Assembly (NCBI GenBank): GCA_951406725.2
Contig: OX597824.1
Coordinates: 96,472,001-96,536,000 of the forward strand
Length of the DNA stretch: 64,000 bases
Direction: 5' to 3'
Origin: Octopus vulgaris
Lineage: Eukaryota
Part shown: piece by piece, positions 52,528-64,000 of the stretch
Layout: each line of letters opens with the position of its first letter
How positions within the stretch are numbered: position 1 is the stretch's first letter
Notes under the pieces: generated by a model
Seen by the model: the letters and a program-made list of their open reading frames with translations, nothing else
Database searches by the model: none
What the model was told of the DNA's origin: nothing
Program-made: the position numbers and the translations under genes

Positions 52528-53937
52528 AGATAAAACCAATGAAATAAAAGAATTAGACCAAAGCCAAACTTACAAATACTTAGGAATCCATGAACTAGAT
52601 AAGACACAACACACACAAATGAAAGAGAAAATAAAAAAAGAATATTATAGACGAGTTAGATCAATACTAAACACAGAGCTCAATGCTAAAAACAAGATAA
52701 TAGGTATCAACACTTTAGCTGTCCCAGTTATAAGTTACAGCTACAATATCCTTAACTGGACACGAAATGAACTGACCAAAATAGATAGGAAAACAAGAAA
52801 AATAATGACAGGATCTAGGATGCATCACCCAAAATCTGACATAGAAAGACTATATATACAACGTATGGAAGGTGGTAGAGGCCTTATACAGCTGGAAAAC
52901 TACTATAAAATAACCACCATAGGACTGCAAAAATATCTACTTCAGAAGGAAGGAAAACTGATCCAGATAGCGGCAAAACACGAGCAAAACAAAAAACTGT
53001 TCTCAGTATTTAAGGAAGCTGACAAATACAAACAAGAAATCATACCACCTAATAAACATGAAGAAGAAGAAGAAGATGAAGAAACAACAAAAGCTATAAA
53101 ACAAATGAAATCCAAACTAAAAACAGAACAGCAACGAACCATGATAAAACGATGGCAAGAAAAGCCCCTTCATGGTAAATACTGCACTAAACTAAACGCA
53201 AAAGAAATAGACAAAGAAAAATCCCAGCAATGGTTGAGAAGCTCAGGACTCAAAGCAGAAACAGAGGGATTTTTAATTGCAGCACAAGACCAAAGCCTCC
53301 CCACCAGAAATTACCAAAAACATGTAATGAAAAGAAATATTACAAGTAACTGCAGAATATGTGGAGATGGACAAGAAACAATAAATCATATTATCTCTAG
53401 CTGCCCAGTCCTGGCTAAGAAGGAATATATTCACAGACATGACAGAGTTGGAACCTACATACATTGGAAGCTATGCCAACATTATGGAATAACAACAGAA
53501 AAAAGATGGTATAGGCACACACCAGAAAAGGTCACAGAAAACGAGAAAGCAACCATACTCTGGGATATGCCGATACACACAGATAGAGAAATTAAGGCCA
53601 ACAGACCAGATATAGTTGTCAGAGATCATGAAGAAAAAAATGCTTTTTAATTGATGTATCAATACCGGCAGATGACAACGTGTCTCTAAAAGAAATGGAG
53701 AAACTCTCAAAATACAAAGACCTGGAAATAGAGGTAACTAGAATGTGGAATCTGAAAACAGAAACAATTCCTATCATAGTAGGTGCATTAGGCATGATAA
53801 AAAAATATTCAGACAAATACATAACAAAAACACCAGGACTTACAAACACATATAACATACAGAAAATTGCACTACTAGGCACTGCCCACATCCTACGCAG
53901 AACACTTTCCATACAATAACCATCAGAGCATCACAAC
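52528..53937 (+). mobile_element. 5'-truncated R4/Dong-clade non-LTR retrotransposon (RT C-terminus, CCHC knuckle, RLE endonuclease)
   Basis: YKYLG, RLY..R.EGGRGL, LKAETEGFLIAAQDQ, CRICG...H...C, RHD, RPDIVV / LIDVSIP..EKLSKY..PIIVGALG..QKIALLGTAHILR; a single frameshift at the A7 run near 53640 (A8 and in frame in the 12 kb copy). Confidence 0.92.
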
Positions 53938-53985
53938 ATATGATGCGAATTCTTCGGCACGTGGCTAATAATAATGATAATGACG

Positions 53986-54044
<59 letters not shown>

Positions 54045-54089
54045 GTCATCATCGTCGGCAATGACAAGGACGTTTTTGTTGATGACAAT

Positions 54090-54098
54090 GTGATGATA

Positions 54099-54144
<46 letters not shown>

Positions 54145-54400
54145 CGATGATGCTGATGATGATGATGATGATGATGACGATGATGATGATGATGATGATG
54201 ATGATAATGATGATGATGATGATGATGATGATGATGGTGGTGGTGATGATGATGATGATGATGATGATGACGATGATGCTGATGATGATGATGATGATGA
54301 TGACGATGATGATGATGATGATGATGATGATGATAATGATGATGATGATGATGATGATGATGATGGTGGTGGTGATGATGATGATGATGATGATGATGAT
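54090..54400. repeat. (GAT)n array with higher-order internal duplication
   Basis: The variant pattern GAC..GCT..GAC..AAT..GGTGGTGGT occurs twice. Confidence 0.85.
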
Positions 54401-54776
54401 AACAATATACTAAAAATAGGAATCTTTGGCGAATCAAGAAGGAAAGAGAAAGAAGGGAATTGTTAAGAAAGCAAAAAGACGAAAAACACACACACAAAAA
54501 AAGACAGAAGAGGAAGTAGAAGAAATAAAGGCAGGTAGGAGTGAGGGGAGAGGCGGAGCGGGAGGAAGGGGAGGAAGGGGAGGAAGGGGAAGAGTCTTAA
54601 GAAGGAAGGAGTTGTAAATATACATACGTATAAAGACGTAGAAATTCACTACAAGAGGTAGTTGGTTCATGTGTGTGTGTGTGTGCGTGTGTTTGTGTGC
54701 GTGTGTGTGTGTGTGTATGCACATATCTATATACATATATATATATATATACGTAAATATATACATACGTAAATAT

Positions 54777-54837
<61 letters not shown>

Positions 54838-54842
54838 AATAT

Positions 54843-54893
<51 letters not shown>

Positions 54894-55442
54894 CATACAT
54901 AGATAAGTATACATACATATATAAAGATATATATATATATATATATAAGTACATATATATATATGTATATATATTCATATATATATGTGTATATATATGC
55001 ATATAAATATACATATACATATACATACATACATACATATATATATGTATATATATATATACATGCGTACATATGTGTGTGCGTCTGGTAAAGTTGATAG
55101 TGATGATGGTGATGGTGATACTGTTGCTGCTGCTGTTGATGATTATGATGGTGATGGTGATGATGAGGATGAGGATTATAAGGAAGAAGAAAACATCATA
55201 AGGCGAATGAAATGGTTCTAAAGGCTTATTAGGGACGAAAAACAACCGGAAGTGTTTAATTACTTGAAGCGGAAGAAACACTTGCAGCCATGCGCTTAAG
55301 CATGGCTTATCTGCGCATGGATGAAACATTTCTTCATCTTTATATGACATGAAAGTAAATAGTGTGTATATACACATACATTCATACGTACATACATACA
55401 CACACACACACACACACATACATACATACATACATACATACA

Positions 55443-55478
<36 letters not shown>

Positions 55479-55726
55479 TATATACATATATATATGTATA
55501 TGTGTGTGTATAAATATACATACATATATATGTACACATGCATATATATGTGCATATAAGTGCATATATGCACCTAGATATATACACAGGCCCAAATACA
55601 GTCACATATAAACACACACATATACACCTACCAGACTATCTGTCTGTCTGTCTGTCTATGTGTAAATATGAATGTGTATACGTCTGTACGTATGAGTGCA
55701 CTTATATACATATATATATATCTATC

Positions 55727-55757
<31 letters not shown>

Positions 55758-55788
55758 ATGTATGAATGTATATATATATGTATATATG

Positions 55789-55843
<55 letters not shown>

Positions 55844-56443
55844 ATATAAGCAAACATTGGTAACACATTGTGTCTAAGTGCTCATTTGAGATCAGCCATA
55901 CTCCTCCCACCGCCTCCACTTTGCCACCACGGTAGTAACGTTTAGAATAACAAGATCAACGACCATATAACACGAGTACGTCTCGCATATAAGCCAACTC
56001 GGGTTACAAGTAACACCTCGACAAGCTTCACAGCAGATGTCGAAGAATTGGAGAAAGAAAAACCGAACAACGCTCAACGACGTACTTCAAGCAATGTCGA
56101 GCACCATATTTGGTTAACAGGAAGAAACGACTACATTAGTGTACGAAACAATGCCTCAAATCTGTCGTCGCTAGCCTAAAATGCTATTGAGATCTTCAGG
56201 GCATTGTGGGCTTAGAACAAGACGGTAAATAGAAAGGAGAATCTATCGGGGTCTTTAAAGAAATAATACATTTAAACCAGGTCCAATGTTGATATTTTAA
56301 ACACTTATATCTGAAATGTATTAAAAACCCATTTTAGTCTATACTAAAATATGAGTTTGTCCTTGTGAAACGAGCGTGCAGAAGTACGTCTTCTTTCTTT
56401 TTCCTTCTTCATTCGCCAAAGAGTCTTATTTTTAGTATATTGT

Positions 56444-56511
<68 letters not shown>

Positions 56512-56581
56512 CATTGTCATCAACAAAAAGGTCCTTGTCATATATATATATATATGCATATACGCATACATATATGTATAT

Positions 56582-56883
<302 letters not shown>

Positions 56884-57075
56884 CGAGTGAGTAGAGAAAC
56901 GAAAGAAAAATGCTCTCAACACAGTTAGTCGGAGTTACTTATTTTTAAAGCAGTTTGATTCGCTTCTAACCGACTTAAAGTTTCACAGGCTTTTAACAGA
57001 AGTCCATCTCCTTCGAGCTTAAGTTACTCGAGACTTTTGTTAGAAGCTGGTAAAATTTTGAGACGAACTGTTTTA

Positions 57076-57155
<80 letters not shown>

Positions 57156-57196
57156 CAATAATAATAATAAAAATAATAATAGTAATAATAATGATG

Positions 57197-57279
<83 letters not shown>

Positions 57280-57322
57280 GATGATGATGATGATGACGAC
57301 GACGACGACGATGATGATGATA

Positions 57323-57440
57323 AATGTCAAGATCTAGACAACTGGCTGAAGGAAACTGAAAGTGAACGTCCGGTAGAACTGTCACAGAAAGTTTGTCTGT
57401 TAGGGAGAAGGATTATCTCTTGAAAGACTGTTGAAAACTT
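57323..57440 (+). pseudogene. Possible R4/Dong 3'-end remnant after (TAA)n(GAT)n
   Basis: LDNWLKE...VELSQKVCLLGRRII resembles the Dong C-terminal QK..LLGT.RI motif. Confidence 0.45.
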
Positions 57441-58185
57441 GGTGGATAAGACGATGGAGCATCTACACTGTTGCTTCACTTGCTAGAAGTCGCAGCCAAA
57501 TCTTCCTCATTTTGCTCAACGCTGTTTGAATAAGAACTCTTTGAATAATGTAATCTAAGTTACGGTTGAAACATCTTTGATCAGAAACCTGCTTAATCAG
57601 AAGCGACCTGAGGGGATACATCATCATCATCATCATCGTCATCATCATTGTTAAGGTCATTGTCATCATCATCATCACTTTCTCCCCCTCCTCTTCCTCG
57701 TCATTCAATGTCATAAATGTTTCCGTGTGACGTGCAAGGAGAAGTGACCGAATTTCCCTCAAAACCCGACAGCATCACCTAAAAAGAAAAAAAAAGATAG
57801 AAAATGGAGGGCGGGGAAGGAGGATACAAAAAGCGAAGGAGTCCTACGGGACTTTATAAAAGATGCGTTCTTCTTTGATTGTAGATCTGCGAGATCAGGG
57901 GTTGATCGGGGATTAAGCAACAAGACGGTTAAGCAACATCCTCCTCCCTTTCCCCCTCCTCCTCCTCCTCCTCATCATCATCATCAACATCATCATCATC
58001 TTCATCATTATCACATCACGACCACCGTCTTCGTCAGTATCATCATCACAATCATCAACATCCTCATCCTCGTCATCGTCATCATCATCGTCATCATCAA
58101 CATCATCATCGTCATCATCGTCATCATCGTCATCATCGTCATCATCATCGTCATCATCATCATCATTACCACCACCACCACCACC

Positions 58186-58219
<34 letters not shown>

Positions 58220-58245
58220 TCATCATCATTACCACCACCACCACC

Positions 58246-58279
<34 letters not shown>

Positions 58280-58306
58280 TCTTCAGCAGCAACAGCAGTG
58301 CAGCAC

Positions 58307-58340
<34 letters not shown>

Positions 58341-58544
58341 TTCAGCAGCAACAGCAGTGCAGCACCATCCACAACAACGACGACAATAAAACAACAACAA
58401 CAATAGTAATAACAGCAGCAACAGCAGCAACAGCAGCAGCTGGTGTAGCAAGAATTTGGCTAATTTGAGTGAACCCAAGAACAACAATAGCAGCACATAT
58501 CAGCCATCTTGTGGGTCAACAGCAGCAGCAGCAGCATGAACAAC

Positions 58545-58576
<32 letters not shown>

Positions 58577-58889
58577 CAACAGTATCAACTACAACATTAA
58601 ACTACAGGAGTAAGAACAACAACAGCAGTTGCAGGAACAGAAAACCCACCCTACCAAAAACACCAACAACAGTAGCAGCAGTAGCAGCAACAGCAGCAGC
58701 AAAAGCAGCAGCAGTAGCCTCAGCAGCAGCAACAATGTTAACAAGAACGGCTGTAGGGTGATAACGCTATTCGCAGCAGCAACAATAATAACAAGACTGC
58801 GAACCAAACAACTACAACAACAACAACAGAAAAAAGACATCAACAGCAACAAAATGAATGGTAACAATTACACCACCACCACCACCACC

Positions 58890-58921
<32 letters not shown>

Positions 58922-59589
58922 CAATGGTTGCGACGTCGACGGAAGCAACCTAGCTTAATCCGGCGGTAAAGGTTGACTCTACTGGTGGGCTATGGGTGGA
59001 GGGCGGAGGTAACAAGGTATCAACTTAGGACCGTTTGTCACTACTTCCGGTCGTTCCACTTCCGGTAGCAGACAATTAGATGGAGCAAAAATAATGATCG
59101 GAAGATAGGGTAAACGTGTACGCGTGTATACACACGTCCACACGCGCTCACTTGGTAAATATACACGCACGCATACTTATACACAATCGCACACGCATAC
59201 AGAGAATAAAAGAAAAGCGGACACACACATACACCCACGCATAAACACATGCACAAATACATACACAAACACACGAACAGACACGTACACATTCAAGCAC
59301 ACACAGTCACACACACATATACATAGACACATGTACACATGTACAGTATAGACATCGCATGCACATACATTTATATACACACCTATGCTAAAACATTTCT
59401 ACTCACATACGTATATAAACGTATATATATATATACATATATGCGCGTGGCAGTTTATATATATATATATATTTCCAAAACATACACACACTTATATATA
59501 CATATATATGTGTGTATATATGTGTGTATATATGGGTGTATGTAAATATATATAAGTATATATGTATGTATGCATGTGTGTGAATGCGT

Positions 59590-60050
59590 GGAGGGGAATG
59601 GTGTAGATAAATTTAGAAAATATACCATTGCAATGTTGTTTGGTGAATTACAATCAAAATTTACTGCCAAAAGCAATTTGTTAAAAGTTCATTTTCAACT
59701 TACACCAATTGATTTAGACGCTAATAAATTTTCCCTTATCATAAACCTAATGAAAGGTCATTTTATATGATTAACGGGTCAAACCATCCATCAAATATCT
59801 TCCGTAATTTAATTTGCAGCTTATGTAGGCGTATATCACCCAATTCTCCAGATTCAAATGTCTTAGCACAAGTTTACTGATTTTGTAACGAAGCATTTAG
59901 CAATGGTTGTTTTTTAAATACAGGAGAGAATAAATCATGAATTTCCAAAACCTAGAATCAAATATAGAAAAATCCTATGGTGTAATCAGGTTTTTAGCTT
60001 GAATGTATAATGTTTGTACAAATATAGTCAAAGAATGTTTTTGAAAGCCG
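59590..60050 (+). pseudogene. Highly decayed PLE RT C-terminus and thumb
   Basis: Across frames: GNGVDKFRKYTI...SNLLKVHF / INGSNHPSNIFRNLICSLCRRISPNSPD / YRKILWCNQVFSLNV, matching PLE motifs SNHP..I..N...I.RRIS..S and RKI.WFNPPFS.NV. Confidence 0.55.
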
Positions 60051-60814
60051 AGTCAACGGAGAAGAGTTCCAGATAAATGAAATCTCAAGCGGTGTAAATG
60101 CACAATGAGTCTCCGATATCCAAAGGGCTAAAAAGTATGGTACCTAGGATGCGGCCCGGTCCTTTTAGTGTGTAAGAAGTTAAGGGCGAAACACTTGCCC
60201 AAGGGTACCTGCTGCTCACTTATTTTGTGAGTTTTTTTTACCATTTGTTAGATATAGAAATCCCATTAAAAGTTTTTACTCTTGTTGCCAAACTTTTACC
60301 AGTTTCACCGGTCCCATTAATGTAGAACATCCATCAAAGAATGAAATTACTATCTTTTAGTACTTTTAGTTTTACAAACTCTTGTAATGAACTCACTAAA
60401 TATCATGTCAACAAATGAATTTAAGATGAAATTTTAGTCGCCCAGGCATTCATCGGCGAATCCAAATAAAAAAATTTGCTACAGGACTTTCGAAGTATAT
60501 CTGGAGCTCAAAGAAAATACCGTAATACTTTTAAGACAAACTGATCTGTTTTTGCGTTTACACCTGCTTACAATCATGACGACTGTAGAAAGAAGCTGTT
60601 CAATAGAAAAGTTTTTTGATATTATTGCAAAGCAGGAACAACTTGAATTCCAGAAGTGATATTCTCAATAATTATATAATTGCTTGCTTGTATCAAAACA
60701 TTTGTTATGAAATTTTCATGAGACAGATCCGCCATTAAAGTTTCCGATAAGTTTGTTTTCATTTCGTTTTTTGATGGCAATTTTTGTGTCATATTGTAGA
60801 CAGTTTTAATTTTC

Positions 60815-60880
<66 letters not shown>

Positions 60881-62641
60881 CGTAGCGTTTGGACGTGGTC
60901 AATTGTTCTGTAAATGGTCAAGAATACCATCAGTTAATACGATTAAACTTTGTCCTTTGGTTCTGTCGGTTGATTTTAATGAAATCAAACTAATTAATTT
61001 ATTCATTTCAATACATATTCCTAATAAAACATTTATATTTATTCGTCTTTATCTTTAGACATGCGCAACATGAACCACTTACCTTTTGTTGCCTTAGTAT
61101 TCTCATCAACGGTTTCTTGTTTCATTATTCAGAGTTCGTTTGAGAATCGGAGTCGTAAAACTCATAGGGAAGAAACATAAAGTTTCACCCCATTAGATAT
61201 ACATTTCAGCTCTATATTTTCAGTATCGAGTACTCTATGTTTATTGCATCCAATGTTTGTGTGAAAAGGAAGCGAGCTGGGGGAGAGGGATGAAAGGAGT
61301 GTTTGTAAAACGCCATTTCGTGAAAGGGGGCGTTGAGTTACAGAAAGTAAAGGATCTTTGGTCAACACTCTGTATTAAGTGTTCTTTTGCCTAATTTTTT
61401 TATTGCGAATAACGTATATATATATATATATTATATATATACATACAGATTCACACGCATATCTACACATACAATCATACAATTCACTATAATGGTTCTG
61501 ATGAAGCTATAGGATGTTGCACAAACATTCAGTTTTGAGTGCATTGTTTCTTATAACAGAAACAGCTGTAAGCTATTGAAAGTGATTACGTAATTCCTGT
61601 TCTTTTGACTCTCATTATTTGATATCACGCTTTGTAGTACTTTGCTGATGCTGGACTGCATGGCTGGACAGGAAGCAGTTGGTGCCCTAGTGTCTGGTTG
61701 GCCTATGAACGGCCATGAACGTTGACAGGAACACGATCGGCTGGTATGTGTGTGTGCGTGTGTATATACCAGATGCATGAGCGCGTTGAAACGGGTGCCG
61801 GAGGGCTATGCATGCATAGTGTGGACGAGGGCTAATGGTATCAACACGTTAGTGCATATGAACGTGTTTGCGAGCATGTGCCAACATATGGGTTGGGTTG
61901 CGTGTCATCCGTGTTTGAGCACGGGACATATTGCGCATTTACTACGTTTTTTTAACTCGCCATTCTGTGTCTGTTTTTCATTTGTGCCGTAACTAAACAC
62001 TTATCAATTAATAGAGCACATCGCACCCTTGGTTTTATTTATAGTAAGTTGTTTATATATTCGTACAACTTCTATTTCTAGCCTTTCTTCTTCCTCCCCT
62101 TTTTCCTCTCTCTATTTCTTCCTTTTCCTCTCTCTCTTGCTCTCTTGCTCCTGTGCTCTTTGTGCTTCCCTCTGTCCACTGTGTCTTCCTCTGCTCGCTA
62201 CTTACACGTGATCCGTGGTCAGCCGTTTTTTATTTCTCTCTTCTTTTTTTCTTTTACACCGGCAGTTAAAGCAACCAGTCGTAATTTCTCTAGTTTCCCC
62301 CTTCAACTTGTTTCCCTGTCTCTTGCCCTTCTGTTTCCAGTCCTTTAGGATTTCTCTCTGAGCGTCACCCACGCTTCGTCTTCACCTAGCTCAAAGTTTG
62401 TCTATTTTCCGGACGCTCTTGCCAGTGTAACCAGAAGGGAATCAATATTATCGTTAAAGGCACGAAATTGCGTTTGAGTTTCTAGCCGATAACTGATAAA
62501 GAGTTGGAGACCTTCAGCGTTTGTTTTCTGTTCGTCTGTGAATTTACTATATGTTTTCTAATTTGGTATTCTGTGTTTGTTTTTCGTTTGTGTATTTGCT
62601 ATACGTTTTTAACCTATATATGCGTATATGTATATGCATAA

Positions 62642-62715
<74 letters not shown>

Positions 62716-63419
62716 CATACATATATATGTTATATATACATATACATGTTTACATATACATTCATACACACACACGCGCATACATTATTTTCAGTAAACA
62801 AAAGAGATGAGCACACAATACTTAGTGTAGACCAATGGCTTTCCGATCTCTTGTAACTCAGACCTACCTTTCATCGAGTGGCATTTTACAAACGACTCTT
62901 CCCTTCCCATGTTGTGCTAAAAAGAAATTGTGTTTTCGCTCAAACAAAAGCAAATGACCTCCGTTGGTTTATTGTATTCATGCCGGAACACGGATAACGC
63001 AGTCTTACTCATATGTTAATCTCGGCGAAGACTGTTTTTTTGTTTTTTAAATGCGCTGAAAATATTATCCCCGTACCTATTGTAAATACTGTTTTTTGAA
63101 GGAAAATTATGGCGGAAATTGAACACAGAACGTAAAGTATTTTTTCCGGCGTGCTAACCACTCTGCCAGCTCGCCGCCTTGCAAGCCTAGTATATTAAAG
63201 ATAACATTCTAAGATGATTTGGTACTCTTCTTTACCAATAATTAGCAGGAAGCAAGAACACAGAATAAGTGAAATTCTGTCCCAGTGACTTGGTGATAAT
63301 TAAATCTCTATCTTGATTAGACACTTGTCTCCCGTAAATAATATTCTAAGAAGATGTGTTACATATTCCTCTTTGGTGGTGGTCGAAAGAATTTCCGTTA
63401 GCCTAGACGATGAATATTT

Positions 63420-63540
63420 TCATCGGAGTCGATAAATTAAGTACCAGTTACGCACTGGGGTCGATATAATCGACTTAATACCTTTGTCCTTGTTTGTCCT
63501 CTCTATGTTTAGCCCCTTGTGGGCAATAAAGAAATAAGAA
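63420..63540 (+). mobile_element. Meta-like SINE 3' half; a partial head is on the minus strand at 63110-63180
   Basis: gtcgataaattaagtaccagttacgcactggggtcgat...agccccttgtgggcaataaagaaata. Confidence 0.8.
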
Positions 63541-63574
63541 ATGTCCGCATAGAGAAAGTACGTGTATGTCGAAG

Positions 63575-63625
<51 letters not shown>

Positions 63626-63660
63626 TCATACACAGACACACACACACACACACACGCACG

Positions 63661-63706
<46 letters not shown>

Positions 63707-64000
63707 AGTATTAACATCCACAATATTCTACCATTTATAATATTTCTGCGACCCAAACTAATATCGCCATCTTCTACCACATCGTCACTTTGTGCCACTG
63801 AAATGGCACGCTTTTATTTCTATTAAAAACCAGGCGAACGAAACTTAACAGCGTCTGGCCAAAAGAAGTTTGAATTCACAACTAACGAGTTGGCAGTTTC
63901 GTACCATTTCCAGCCGGAAGTCTCATAATTCAACAGAGTTCCTTGCATGACCTCTCCTAATCAGTGTTGGAAATTACTTCTCCAAGAACTCCTTCTTTGA

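Noticed and set aside
57940-58930. Poly-His/Gln exon of a host gene
   Set aside because: A mosaic of CAT/CAC/CAG/CAA repeats with frame changes and stops; no continuous frame.
59870-59885. In-frame TGA as selenocysteine in a PLE
   Set aside because: The fragment is riddled with stops and frameshifts and no SECIS is recognisable.
62200-62560. Lys-rich minus-strand peptide as a retroelement N-terminus
   Set aside because: Short, interrupted, and without a diagnostic motif.

Overview
AT-rich eukaryotic non-genic (intergenic or intronic) DNA saturated with (TA)n, (CA)n, (TATG)n, (TAA)n, (GAA)n and (GAT)n microsatellites. The repeat repertoire (tRNA-derived CORE-like and Meta-like SINEs, R4/Dong LINEs, Penelope-like elements) points to an octopus genome; this is inference from pattern recognition, not a search result. 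No host protein-coding gene is supported, and almost every ORF in the track is a microsatellite translation. Real coding signal is all mobile-element derived: a 5'-truncated Neptune-type Penelope-like element (PLE, 43.7-45.7 kb), several other PLE RT/GIY-YIG remnants, a near-intact R4/Dong 3' half (52.5-53.9 kb) plus older Dong fragments, a CR1-type LINE 3' end, two mariner fragments and two non-autonomous Helitron-like elements. The most interesting signal is not in the ORF track: about a dozen minimal type I hammerhead-ribozyme (HHR)-like motifs from several PLE-derived families, most with palindromic stem III. Several carry non-canonical catalytic cores: CUGU-N-GA in four copies with all four bases at position 7, CCGA-N-GA in up to three elements, and a possible A3-U8 covariant. 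There are also many fold-back structures, including a 140-bp perfect inverted duplication plus a long target duplication at the Dong insertion. Coordinates were read by eye; element ends may be off by a few bases.
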